Below, in pieces: positions 26,701-41,700 of a stretch of DNA of 64,000 nucleotides. The position numbers and the translations under genes are program-made. The stretch comes from Antedon mediterranea (lineage: Eukaryota; Animalia; Echinodermata): assembly GCF_964355755.1 (NCBI RefSeq), contig NC_092680.1, positions 12,905,045 to 12,969,044 of the forward strand, read 5' to 3'. Position 1 is the first letter of the stretch; each line of letters starts with the position of its first letter. The notes below the pieces were generated by a model. That model did no database searches. It was given only the letters and a program-made list of their open reading frames with translations, and had not been told where the DNA came from.

Positions 26701-29700
26701 GGTGGCACTGCCCAAACAGGTGTAGCTGTCACAACATTTGTGACAGTAGGGGGCTCACTTTCTGAAGATTCAGGTTGTGGAAGCATTTGAGATGGGGTGG
26801 AAGATGGTTCCTGGGTCTGAGGCATGACGGTGGCCATGGGGGTCGGAGTCACTGATGGTGAGGAAACAGACGAAGCTGTCTTGGCAATTGGTCTAATGCT
26901 AGCAGTAGCTCTCAAGGTACTTGATGTCGGAGATGGCTTAGCTGCAGTGGGTGATGGAGTTGCCATGGGTTTAATGTTGGCTGTTGGTGGTGGTTCTTCT
27001 CTTGTGGTACTGTAGCAGGAATATTAAAACAATGTTGTAATTTGTTTACCTTGTAGTTATATATACAGTATCTTGAATAATACTGTATAAAAATATAGTT
27101 CACTGCAACAATGGTCATATTCGGAACATGATTTCATAATCACGTCGTGCATAGCTCAGGTTATTTTCTACTTATTTAACAGTGTGTATGTTATGCATAC
27201 CGTAGTAGATAGTGACCTAAAGGTCATTGCTTGTCATAACAAGAGTTTGTGTCAGTTATGAGTAAAAGTATTTCTAGTTTATCAACATTAAAATAATCTT
27301 GTTCTCTTCCATTACTGTTAGAAAGAAGAATTGGCAAATAAATTTGTTCAGGCTAGGTTAATACTACACATTTCCCAAGACATAACTAAACTTTGGTGTT
27401 TACACAAACTGGGACGTTAACACCACGTTTTTTACGGTGCATGCACCAGAGTGTAAACTCTAGGGTATACAAGAAGGTTAAAGGTTATAACTGCTCTCTA
27501 CCTTGGTCTTTCTGATGTTGCCATAACTTGTTGCTGCTGTTGTTGGCTTTGTAGTTGTTTCTGCTGCTCACTGATAACACGCTGTTGTTCCTGGCACTAT
27601 TTAATCAAATATAAAATCAATATCAAAATTCTAAAAACCTTACAATCGTACACATACTTTTTGTAAACATAAAAATTCAACAATACCTTTTGCTGAAACT
27701 CTTCCAATTCCTTTTGCAATCTCTGTCTCTGTTGAACTAGCTCGTTTTTAAATTTAATCTGTAAACAAAATAAGTGATATAATATATAATAACATGTAGG
27801 GGGTTACTGCCGATGTACTAGTACATCACAGCCACTGATCATACCTGGACCCGCTGGAAGACCAGTTTAACTGGAGAGGTCACCCAGTATAAATAAAATA
27901 TTTCAATTGAAAAAGCAGAAAAAAATAAATATATAATTTGGCTCTGTATCGTTAAAATAGAAGTCAGTATTTCAATCTCCATTCAACTAATAAACACTCA
28001 TTGTATACTAGTAACATGCCAGATGTCATTATCATCACTATATCTACAGTAAGCTCTGTCCACACTATCAAACTAGTTTGACAAAAAAAGTGTGATGTGC
28101 TCAAATATGGTAGCGATATGACATCATCATGTCTATATACAGGCACATCACATTTTTTTGTCACATCAAGTTTGATAGTGTAGACAGAGCTTTAGAAAAA
28201 AAGAGTTTGTTTTGTGTTTTGTCTATTACACACATCCATATACAGTGTATCAAAAACACCATAAATGTAGTGGAAAAGTTTTGATTTGAAAACCACCACA
28301 GAGTGCTAAGAACAGGGGTGGCCTAGCCTAGCTTACATGTTGTTCATTGGCATCTTTGAGCTGCTGTTCCAACTTCCTCTTCTGCATTTGATAGTCGTCC
28401 CTCACCCTGTTTGACTGTTTCTCCTGTTCTTTGGAAATGCCCTCAGAGGCTTGTACTTGACCTTTTAACTCATCAATCTCATTCTTTAATTTCTCATTTT
28501 CATCTAAAAATAGATTCAATAATAAGAAATTAAACAAAAACAGTGAATATGAAACTTTCTTAGCATTTCTATATTATAGCACATTAATTATACTTACTGG
28601 TTAAATTTGCAATTTTCTTCTTGGAATTTGTCAATGCGCCCTTTGAATTTGTCAATGCGCCCTTGTATTTCTCTTCCTTCTCGTCCTTTTCTGTCAACTG
28701 AGTCTGAAAATATGTTAATTAAAACATAAACACCAGCAAATATTAGAGATGACATAAATAGTAAAGATAGTACAGAATCCCACTAACAACAATATAAACA
28801 TTGTAAATTCTTTAATGGAGTTAAAATTATATATATAATTACCAGGTTCAAATTTAAAATTAAATATTTAACATTTTTATTTTATCTAATTTATTTCTTT
28901 TTTTTCCTTCATATTTTAGACAATTCTCTCACCTTCATTTTCTGACTTTCTTGCTGAACTTGGGACATTTCCTGTTTATTATAAAAAAAAACGAATTATT
29001 AAAAAATATTAAGACTGCATTATATGCAACACTCTAATACATAATTGGGACATATTGATTTAAGTAGAAACATGATAGACAGTTGTATTTCTACAAACTA
29101 CTTAAGTGAAATTTAAAGTGTTCATTTATTCATCTAAATAAAAGTTATATTTATTATCCCTATCCTCATCTTAAGCTCTGTCTACACTATCAAACTTTAT
29201 GTGACAAAAAAAATGTATATATATGGACATGATGTCGTCATACCACTACCATATGTGGTGGGAATATCACATCCATATTTGGGCACATCAAACTTTTTTG
29301 TCAAACTAGTTTGATAGTGTAGACAGATCTATACTATTATTCCCATAAAAAATACTGTTTATTGTTTCTGTAGAATTTTCAAAACAAGTTAATGTATACC
29401 TCTGTCAGTGTTTTGATCTGTTCCTCTGCGTTCTTTAATTTCTCCTCTATTTCTGGGTCAACTTGCGGCTTAGCTGCTGCATTTTGCTTTTCATTATCAA
29501 CCTGTGCTTGTAATGCATCGAACTGCGCCTTCAGTTCATCAAATTGCGACTTGTATTTGCGGCCAATCTTCCTCACCTAAAAATCAAATTTATCAAAATG
29601 AGCATGCTTGTAACTAATTACAAAGAGTAAAGTTCTGTCTACACTATCAAACTATAGTTTGACAAAAAAAGTGTGATGTTCCCAAATAGGGTAGTGATAT

Positions 29701-32700
29701 TACATCATGTCCACATATGGGCACATCACATTTCTTTTCACAAAAAGTTTGATAGTGTAGACAGAGCTTTACATCAGACAACATTTTTCCTCCCTTTTTT
29801 CTTATTTCACTGGACAATATTTTGTTTTTATTTCTGCGAATAACAAAACAAACTAAATAAAAGGCAAATAAAGACCAAACAACTAAGCTACTTGGTCAAG
29901 CTGGTCAAGCAAAACAACTTTTTGTTTTGTTTTGTGGTATACTACCATTTTTATTTATACGTATTATAGATATTTGTTAATATTTCTCTTTCTATAATTA
30001 CCCTTTTTTAAAATTATTTTCTTGAATTTACCCAAAACAACTTAAATACGATCTACAATTACAAACTGCAGACATTAGACTAAAAAAAATTAAAATAAAA
30101 AAAAAAGTATTAAAATAATTATGTAGCTTCCCTTCAAGGAACAAATTTAAATTTAAATCAGCAGGGAGGTTGTTCCTAATGCGAGAACCATGTGGAACAT
30201 ACAACTGAAATGATGAATCGTTCTTGCAACGAGAACATTTTAACCAAAGAAATTAATGGTATTTAAAAAAAGAATTATTTACCTGATTAATAGTTTTCTT
30301 TTGTTCTTCTACTTCCTTCACTTTTTCTTCTGTCGCTTTGTTTGCTGCACTAACTGCCTCACTACATTCACAAAGAAAATATGTTAATACTTGCATTATC
30401 AACACAAATACAAAACATATTTTTACAAATACTTATCATAATTACATCACACACAAAAATAAAACAACAATAACCACTGAGCATTGTGTTAAGCTCTGTC
30501 TACACTATCAAACTAGTTTGACAGAAAAAGTGTGATGTGCCCATATATGGTAGTGATATGACATCATCATGTCCATATACGGGCACATCACATTTTGTTG
30601 TCACATAAAGTTTGATAGTGTAGACAGAGCTTTAGCATTTCATATTTTAATCATAAATTCTTGTAAAGAGTTAATAATGCAGTGACTGGATTATTGGAAA
30701 AGAATTTATTAAATTTAAAGAAAACAATTATAAATTACAAAATACTTACTTTACTTTTGTGAGTTCCAACTTGTGTTGCGATCTAAAAACAACACATCAA
30801 ATTTGCATAATAATCATGTTGTTTAATTTCATTAAAGTTAATTTTAACAAACGAATAAACAATGCCATATGGTTGTGTCAAAATACTAGCTCCAAGCAAA
30901 AATACAGTCATAAAACCAATGCTCAAATAAAGAAAGAAAGAAAGAGAGAAAACCACACAGCAATAATGCTAAGAAATAAAAACAACTTAGAATGTGTACT
31001 TTTATAAATGAATAGAACACACAGCAAGATCAGTTAAAAAGAAAGTATCATAAAAAATACTTACTGAGACACATTAATGTTTAGGTTAAGTTTAGAATTA
31101 TCAGATCTGAAATTTAAAATATTTAAACAAAATTAAAAGAGTTTCATGCTGTCCTAAAGCTCTGTCTACACTATCAAACTAGTTTGACAAAACAAGATGT
31201 GCCCAAATATGGTAGTGATGTGCCCAAATATTGTAGTGATGTGCCCAAATATAGTAGTGATATGGCATCATTATGTTCATACATGGGCACAACACATTTT
31301 TTTGTAACATACAGTGTAGACAGAGCTTAACAAATGCATTATTTACTGGTTTTGTTTTAGGGAGTTTTCGACAAAAGAACAAATTATAATGTCATGTTAA
31401 TCAATTATTGATTGGAGGTCTAGACGAAGACACAACATAATATGTAAAAACTGAAACCTAATCAGTGTATTTAATGTTTTATATATATAAAAGGAAAAGG
31501 TTGTTTGTACAAACTTACCGAGATGATGCCAACTGTGAATTTAAACGTGATATTTCAGCCCTAAAATTAAAAGAAAAAAACAAATATTAACTAGATTTAA
31601 TTCGTCACTATGACGAATTATAGGTTATATGCATTGATTTAAATAAGGATAATTGATTTGTAAAAGATATATTGATTGATTGATTTTCTCATAATCTTTA
31701 ATTATTTATAATATATGATAGGATCTTGCTAACGCAAATACAATAGCCGGTACCACAATCCGATCAAAGATCCCTCTGCGTATAATGTCATAAACCACAT
31801 TTGTTACATAATAATAAAGACATAAGTTACTTTTTATCTAGATTTCATTATAAATCATGTGTATAATCTATACACTAAGAAATAAATTTGAACAAACAAT
31901 ACGGATAATAAAAATAAAAATATTATTTCGTTTCCCAAGGTGAGATTCGATCTCGGTACCTTGAATGCCATAGACACGAGCACAGACCACCGAACCATAC
32001 ACAACTGACTAAAAGTTGTAGACAAATTCCTCCGTGTATTTACTATGCAGTAACCACTTTGGTGCAAATAGATTATTACATACCGCAATGAATTATAATT
32101 TTTTACTATGATGACTGACTTTAAAAATGTAAAAAAATTATGCACTGTCAAACTATATACTTTTAACTTTAATATATGAACTTCTTAAGAAAGAAAGTTA
32201 ATGTTAAGTTTGTTATTTCGGCCTAAGAAAATGTCATAATTTGTTTGATTGTCGAAATAATTTTTTTTAAATTTAATATGCAATTAATGATGACTTAATC
32301 AACTTTTGTTCTCTTAATTTGATAATAAATCATAAACATATGATACATACACTTCAAGAAAATAAAATAAAAAATAGGTGTTCCCCAGCATTCTGACGAT
32401 ATATATTAATTTTAAAATTTAGCATATTTTCACCATTTTGTTAACTTATACGTGCGTAGCCTGTCACTTTTGACGTGCTCGTATAACGCAATTTTGAGTT
32501 GAAAAGTGAATCAAATATGATGATATTATTAAAGAAAGATTGTAAAATAGAAATCGGGCAAAAAGAGTGTGCATTAACGTTTAACGCGCAGTGCGCGTGC
32601 AAAAATCTGCACACTCATGGCAATTTTTTAAACGCTTAAAATTGCCTGAAACGTACTCTAATTTCATCAAAAATAAATTTTGACAATTTTGAACATTTTA

Positions 32701-35700
32701 AGCGCGCGTACGCAAGCGTTATTTATTTTTGTATTGCCATATGATGAAATATGACCTGACATTTATGAGTACCAAATTTTGTTTAATTGTGATTCATGCT
32801 TGTGAAGATATGATTACAAACGTGATTTCGTTAAATCGCTCGTAGACCACGTAATTTTTGATTGCGCACCATGAAAACATAACCACATCAATTCCTGGCC
32901 ATAAGGAATATACTCTGAAAAATTGACTTAGCTAGATGAAACTGATATCAAGATAATTGACGGACAAAATAGTGCTAAGGAAAGCATAAATAAATAAAGA
33001 AATAAATAAAGATCCTGACAGAATCAAGAGGTTATATGCATGTAACCTAATTATAAAACAAATAAACCCAAGTTTTTGCAAACAAAAATCATTTCAAATT
33101 AGTTTTAAATGAGTTCGAATTTAAAGAAACCATTTTATCTTTTGTAACTATGGACGTCCGTTTCCGAAATAAAAGTACAATGAAATGATATACATACAAT
33201 CTACTTACTTATTGCGATGACTTTCTTCTGTTAAGTTTTTAATTGTCTTTCGATTGTTATCTCTTTCTTCTCTGAAATTTAATTGGATACATTGAATAGT
33301 GTCATGTAAAATAAACTATGTTCCCAATACAAATTATTTCGATTTTGTTTAACAAAATTTGTTAAGCTCTGTCTACACTATAAAACTTTTTGATAAAAAA
33401 AAATGTAATGGACATGATGATGTCATATCATTACCACATTTAGGCATATCGCTACCATATTTGGGCATATCATTACCATATTTGGGCATATCGCTACCAC
33501 ATTTGGGCATATCACTACCATAACTTTTTATATCAAACTAGTTTGATAGTGTAGACAGAGCTTCAGGTTCCTCATTCGTAGTTAAAAAACGACTCAATAC
33601 ACATCTATTGTTGTCAGTTTAGTAACCGTTTTTTTCTTGTTTCTATAGCTTTACGGGGATAGGGGTCACATGAGATCTGAGAAAGGTCGAGACTCAACTG
33701 GAGCTACAAATTACTGGCAGTCTTCTAGTTTCATCCTTTGCACCAAGGAGATAGTAGTTTTTATTAAAGGGTACAATAGGTTCACATTATTTACATAAGT
33801 TTTTTCTGTTCCTCAGGATCAGTCATGTTAGTCTTTTCAATAAGGTGATTAGTTCGTTGTTTCCATCGATTCACTTCAGTGGTGAGGGCGGTCTTCTCCG
33901 CCAACAGAGATTCCTTTTGGACACTCAGGTCTCGGTTTGCTTCTTGTATCGGAGCTATATCAGATTCTAACTTTTCAACCTACAAACAAATTGAAATATT
34001 TTATTTATACTGGGTGACCTCTTTAGTCAAAGACTGGTCTCCCACAGATCCCAGTTATGATCAGTGGCTGTGATGTACTAGTACACCAGGGTTACTCCTA
34101 TTCGTCTCGAAAGATGTACAAGGTTCTTTAAAGTGCGCATGACCTGTGTACACTGGGCCAATGGTTTATAGTCCTTATCCGAGAAGACTTGTTCTACTTC
34201 AAGAATCATGGAGCGAGTGAGTCTCAAATCCTTGCCGATGTATCAAGAAAAATAGACACATTCTCTAGTGCACCAACAACCTAATAAATTCTACACACAA
34301 CTGTTGACTGTATTTACTACAAATAATAACACACTTACCTTTGCTTGCATCTGTTGAAGTTGTTGTTCCAATTGGTCTTTCTCCGTTCTCATTAATTTGT
34401 TACTGTCTGATAAAACATTTAATGTTTCTACTTTGCTTACAAGGTCTTCATGCTGTGCTCGGGTGTGAGCTGTCACCTAAATAAACACAAAGAATTGATA
34501 ATATGTGCAGCAATGAAGATATTGAAAGGGTGAGCCACTGGGAAAGCAGAATAATAAGTAGCCACATTGTTAAAAAAAAAAATAGCAATCAATGATTTTA
34601 TGAAGATTAAACATTCTAAAGCTTTGTCTACACTAACAAACTAGTTTCACCAAAAAAAGTGTGATGTGCCCAAATATGGTAGTGATATGACATCATCATG
34701 TCCATATATGGAGACATCACATTTTGTTGTCACATTAAGTTTGATAGTGTAGACAGAGCTAAACAGATGACAATCCATAACTACTAACTACTGTCCAATT
34801 GTGCAGCTGCATGTCTTCCCTGAGAGTGTTCACAAGTGCCACACTGTTATTCTGTTTTAATAGCCTAAGTAGAAAAAATATCAATAATCATTTTGGAAAA
34901 TGTTAACGTATAAATGTGTATACCTGCGATCGTTCTCTCTCCTCCGTCAACGCTTTCTGAGTCTCCTCCAACCTGTGTTCTAGCAAGTTGCAGCGTTGTT
35001 TGAAACGAACCGTCTCCGCTTGTACCAGCTCGTATCGCGTCTCAGCTATTTCCTTTTCTCTTCGCAAGAATCGTACGACCTCCAACAGCTGTTCTACAGA
35101 TTTATCTTCGCTAAAGGACATGTTCACCGAATCTGTTAAATCCTTAGACTGCTCACTAACAAATTTATTTGACAACTAAAAAAATTAAAAGATAAAATAT
35201 TTTAAGGCTTTGTAATAAATTAAGAATATTTTTACTGTCTTTTGAGTATTATTTTATTACTTGTCTTGTAATTTCATGTTATGGAATTGAATCAAATATA
35301 CAACACATGTGTATGCATCATACATAAGATAATAATATAAAATATACATAGAATTACATTAAAAAGACAGTATCTCACAATTACAACATTACAAAATTTA
35401 TATAAAACTGAAAAAAACTAAATTACAATGCAAAAAATAGGATAATAAATTACACTCAGCACTTATTTTAGGCCCTTGAAATCCCAAATCCAAAATGCTG
35501 GATACGGCACTGAACAGTGTCATTGTGTCATAGTGACCTCAGTTCATTCTCCAGGTTGTGGAACAAGTCTTCTAAAGCTCTGTCAACACTATCAAACAAA
35601 ATTAACAAAAAAAGTGTGATGTACCCAAATATGGTAGTGATATGACTATCATCATGTCCATATATGGGCACATCACATTTTTTTTTGTCACATAAAGTTT

Positions 35701-38700
35701 GATAGTGTAGACAGAGCTTAACTGACAATTCTATCATACTACTTACAGCTTCAACTTGTTCATGTAACAAAACATTCTGTTTTTCTACATCCTGACACCT
35801 AGTTTGAAGACCGATCACTTCATCCTTCTGTATACGTAGCTGTTCTTCCCATGATGCCTGAGGAGAAACAACAATTTATAATAATAGTAATAATAATAAT
35901 TCAACAATTATTACTACACTGTCTTTTTAGTGGCTTAAAACTATTGATTATTATTTTGGTTTTAAGTTTAGGTTTTACTATACAATTGCTTGGGTGAAAA
36001 AAAGAAGAAAAATGCTAACATATAATCCTTGGAAAATGGTCGACAGGCAAGGTTAGAATTCCCCCTACAAGGTGTCAAGGCATAGAAAAAACACCGCTAA
36101 CTGATGATACAAAGATGGAACAGTTTACGGGAGCAGTACATGTCCAACAGTGGACTGATACACCATAAAGCAATCATGCATCAGAAAATACTATTTTACA
36201 GTATTTAGGAAACTTTGACAAAAACTTAAATTTTTTACCAAAATGAGCTTATTGTAATATTAATAAATACTTTATTTAAACACTGAGAACCTGATCACCT
36301 AAAGGTCAAGGCCGTGCAAGGCCATAAATTATTCTTATATAGTGTGATATAACAAACATAGAGAAAATTTCTCTATGATATAACATAAATTATAGTTGGT
36401 AGATAAGTAAAACAGTACCAACAAGTGAGATATTTTTAGAGTGAGTGGTCAAAAAGAGTGAGTGGTTGGTCATACAGAGTGAGTGGTCAGCCATTCATTA
36501 CCTTGGACACATTTAATGTCTCCTCAGCCTGTTTACGCATCTCCAGGGCTTCTGCTAGTTTTGTGTTAAAACCTTCCAACTGAAACAAATTACCGTTCGT
36601 TAAAAATACAAAATGAATAGAATATAGCATAAAATCTCAGCGGATTCTGGATGGTTCAATAACAAAATCATTTTATATTGTCATCCTAATAAAGATTAGA
36701 ACGAGTGATAGTAATTTGTTAGTCTTAAGCTCTTTCTACCCTATCAAATATAATGTGACAAAAAAAATATGATGTACCCATATATGGACATGATGATCAC
36801 TACCATATTTGGGCATATCACTACAATATTTGGGCACATCACATTTTTTTTCGTCAAACTAGTAGACAGAGCTTTAGATATGATAATAGGTATGAGCAAT
36901 GATGGTTGGAATGGTGCTTTAAAAATGATTGATTGAATGAAAGTCTGACAGTGGCTTACCTGTTCCTTAACAGTATCTAGTTGCTGTACAACACTGGCAT
37001 GCAGTAGAAATTCTCGCTTATATTTATCTTGACTTTCTTTAGCCAGTTGAGCTTGTGTCTGGCAATCCTGTCTAGCGGCTTTCTCCATAGATTGCGCAAC
37101 CATACTTTTCTCTACAGCCTCTTGCAGCTCACTCTGAGCTGTCGACAACTTCTTTCGCAGCTCAGCAGTCTGTTGGCTCATTAGTTCTTGTAGCTGGTTA
37201 CTTTGTTCGCTCATTTCGCACTTCTCTTTCTCGTACTGAAGAATTTTTTCTTCTAGTTTTTGTTGAACTGTTAGGAAAATATAAATATATATATATATAA
37301 ATATATTGAATGTTAAGATCTGTCTACACTATCAAATTTTAAGTGACAAAAAAATGTAATGTGCCCAAACATGGACACGATGATGTTATATCACTACCAT
37401 ATTTAAGCATATCAATACCATATTTTGACATCACACTTTTTTTTGTCAACCTAGTTTCATAGTGTAGGCAGAGCTTTAGTGTATAATAAATACATATGGA
37501 GATACAAAAAAAAAATTAAACCCAAACGATAAATTAAAACAGCCAGAAAATATGAAATATTGTTATATACCATCTTATTTACACCTGTATATTTTACACT
37601 ATTTATTTCAAATCACATACAAACTTTTCCCCTTAACAGACGAAATATGTCGACATGCAGTATTATAATGGGGCCCGGGAGCATATGGGGGCCCATGAGC
37701 AGTGCCATGGGAAAAAACTGGCAATAAAATATGCCAAAAAAGGCTAAAAACCCCCTAGCTTTTAGCATTGGAACTTGGAGGGCCACTTGGGTTTTCTAAA
37801 CCAGGGGCCTCAGGCCTCTGTGTTACTCCACTGGTTGTGTTGTTAATGGAGTTTAATAGTTTAATACTACATACTGAGTAGATAGATCACAACACAATAA
37901 CAAGAATATTGTTTGAATACCTTCAACCGACTCCTGTACTCTTTTTTCCATTGTTTCTTTGAATGTGTTGGATGCATCGTTCTGTTCCTTCAGACTCATG
38001 TCAAAGGCTGCACTCATGCCCTGGAACTTCTCTGCTACTGTTTTTGTTTTCTGCAGTTGCTCCTTGAGGCCTAAACAAATATAATAATATTAATATGAGT
38101 TACATATAACATATAGTACATAAAAACAAAGTATGATAACTGAAATTGCTTTGGTGTAAAAACATAAATCTGGAAAGTGTATTGAGTGACTAAATAATTA
38201 CCCTGGACCTTACTTGCCTAGCATTACTATTAGAAGTTGGTTGTAGTACAACCAAAACGTTTCAGGAATTACATAGTTTAATAGTCTATTCGCCATACAA
38301 ATCTTAATCCTAACAATAATTGTGGACATACACAAATGCCATTTATAATGTACCATAATTCCCAGAACATGGAAGATATCATTTGATTCAAACCAATTTT
38401 GTATAATATGATGGAAAAAAGCAACAACAAATATTCAACGTACCTTTTAGTTGCATTTTCAATTCTTTAACTTCATTTGTTTGGTCTTGTACATCTAAAA
38501 ATAGTAAGAAAAAAGCAAATTGGTAGCAGGAAATGATAATAATGAAATATATTTTTAAAGTTTTTTATCTCGGATCCATCGAATGGCAGTATAGATTCCA
38601 ATCGGATGCTACCTTCATTCACAAAAGATCTAGGGGCTTCTAAACGTCCAGTGGCCGTATTCACAAATCACACTTAAGTGAGATATTTCCCTTAAATATT

Positions 38701-41700
38701 ATGTATTTCACTTAAACCAATAAATATTTAAGTATTTCCATTAAATTGTATTCACTTAGATAGGAGATTTTTTTATTTTAAGTGAGTGTTTCTCTTAGCC
38801 TAAGTATGAATGTTGAATACCGCCACAGTCTAATGGTTTTAAAAAGTTTAATGACTCCTTCATAAAATAAACAAAATAAAAATGTTTTACCGGTGGTAGA
38901 ACCAGTTGTAAGAGCTTGGTCTAATTTGATCTGGGCTGCTGCAAGTTGAGCCTCTGCTGTTGAACACTACAATGAAACAAAATAAACACGTATATCATTA
39001 CGAGAATACGCTTAAGTGTAAACTAAATAAGCAATACGAAAAAAAAGTGATTGTTTGACTTGTCAACTTACTTGTTCCTTAACACCATTCAGGTCTGCTG
39101 TAGCATTCACTAGTTTCTGTCTTGTTTGTTGGTGATTTTCCATTTCATTTCTCCACTGTTGATGAGCCTCTTCAACTTTTTGCTGAAAATAAGAAAATAC
39201 AATACAAGAAAATAAATACAATACAAGAACAGAAATACAATACAAGAACAGAAATACAATACAAGAACAGAAATACAATACAAGAACAGAAATACAATAA
39301 AGCACTGTACTGTACCGGTGTACTATATACTGTACCGGCGTACTATATACTGCACCGGCGTACTATATACTGCACCGGCGTACTATATACTGCACCGGCG
39401 TACTATATACTGCACCGGCGTACTATATACTGCACCGGCGTACTATATACTGCACCGGCGTACTATATACTGCACCGGCGTACTATATACTGCACCGGCG
39501 TACTATATACTGCACCGGCGTACTATATACTGCACCGGCGTACTATATACTGCACCGGCGTACTATATACTGCACCGGCGTACTATATACTGCACCGGCG
39601 TACTATATACTGCACCGACGTACTATATACTGCACCGGCGTACTATATACTGCACCGGCGTACTATATACTGCACCGGCGTACTATATACTGCACCGGCG
39701 TACTATATACTGCACCGGCGTACTATATACTGCACCGGCGTACTATGTACTGCACCGGCGTACTATGTACTGCACCGGCGTACTATGTACTGCACCGGCG
39801 TACTATGTACTGCACCGGCGTACTATATACTGCACCGGCGTACTATATACTGCACCGGCGTACTATATACTGCACCGGCGTACTATATACTGCACCGGCG
39901 TACTATATACTGCACCGGCGTACTATATACTGCACCGGCGTACTATATACTGCACCGGCGTACTATATACTGCACCGGCGTACTATATACTGCACCGGCG
40001 TACTATATACTGCACCGGCGTACTATATACTGCACCGGCGTACTATATACTGCACCGGCGTACTATAAACTGCACCGGCGTACTATAAACTGTACCGGCG
40101 TACTATATACTGTACCGGCGTACTATATACTGTACCGGCGTACTATATACTGTACCGGCGTACTATATACTGTACCGGCGTACTATATACTGTTGTATGT
40201 TACTTACAGTAGCAAACAAAGCAGTTTCTTTAGAACATCTATAAAAACATAAATAAATATTTAAGTTAATTACTACACTTTCTTATATTAGTTATTCTCA
40301 TTTTACCTCCCATGACTTGTTAGATTCCTTTTGATTCTTAGCCTCCGCTTCCAGCTTTCTCTTAAGAGTGCTAATCTCCCTATCCAGACTCTCAATTCTG
40401 TTTGTCATTCTTGCTTTGTCTTCAAATTCTGACTTCTCTAAATTGTTCTGTATTGTAAAGTGTATATTAAATAAAAACTATACAAAAGTACAGTAGTTCA
40501 GTCTGGTAATATACTGTAATATTTGTTTGGGTACTAATAAAATTATTAGACTGAAAATAAAAACAATTTTAACAAACTTTAAATTTTATTTTTTTATTTA
40601 TATTTTTTTTTTAAATTTTAAATATGCTTTAATAAACTTTTTGAAATAAGTTACTTATTTCACTCCTAATTTCAACATATTGGCACATAGTTAACAAGTG
40701 ACAAAAGCCAATAAAAAAAATCACAGAAAAACAAAATGCATGTTACCTTAATAGTTTCAAGGTTGACAAGCAGTAGATTTTGTCCTCTGTGCTCCCTCAT
40801 TAAAGCATCTTTCTCTTGACTTAGTCTTGCCTCCACACCTTTTAACATATCCCTCTCTGCACGAAGCTTCTCGCAGGATACCTCTGCTCTTGACAACCTC
40901 TCTTGAACAGCTAGTTGATCCTGAATAAACAAACAAACATCCAATTATTCAAAACCTTCTATTACAGATGTACTGCCCCCAAAAAACATGAAAAATGAAG
41001 ATTAATAAAGTCAGACTTTTAAATTGGCCATTTCGCAGTTTTAAAAAAGTTATTCACTTCTGTAAAAAAAAAATTTTTCACTCACAAAAAGAAAAAAGAA
41101 ATGGTTAATTTTAACCAAAAACCATTGTCTGACATGCAAGTATTTTTTGCTTTAAATTACATTTTTTTCAACTAAAACTTTTTTTTCCCATCCAGTTTTT
41201 AGTCAAAGTGAACAACTATTATGTGACATTAAAATGGCATATTAAAAACAAAAATTGAAAAAAAAAATTGTTTAGGGGGACAATAGATCTTAAATTTTTA
41301 TTTTGTGGGGAGTTTCTTAATTTCAACAAAGTCAGTTTTGTGCAAGTTTACTGTTTAAAAAAATATAAATTACTTGAGTTTGGTGATTAATTAGTTGTTG
41401 TAACTTGATAGCTTCCCCACTTTGTTTCTGACTCTTATCTCGTAAACCTGCAATCTCTTTCTTGTAGCCGTCAATGTTACTTTGCACAATCTTGTACCTT
41501 TCACTAGCGAAGTCAAGCTGTAAAACATATTCCAACAAACTTCTTTAATTGAACTGCCATTTATAAATAAGTTTTTTTCTCAATAAGTAAAAAAAAACAC
41601 TTATGCAGTACCTTTTTGCAGTTTAAACATGAATGTTATATTTATTTTAAATCGTAATATATTTTAATCTGTACATAATCAGTTTTATCGTTTGAAATGA

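Noticed and set aside
27964-28164. Recurrent short ORFs of the type [28 protein letters not shown]
   Set aside because: These are translations of the 140-bp MITE, not a peptide family.
39122-40252. ORFs of 376, 256 and 107 aa
   Set aside because: Artefacts of the 20-bp minisatellite, antisense within a TPR intron.
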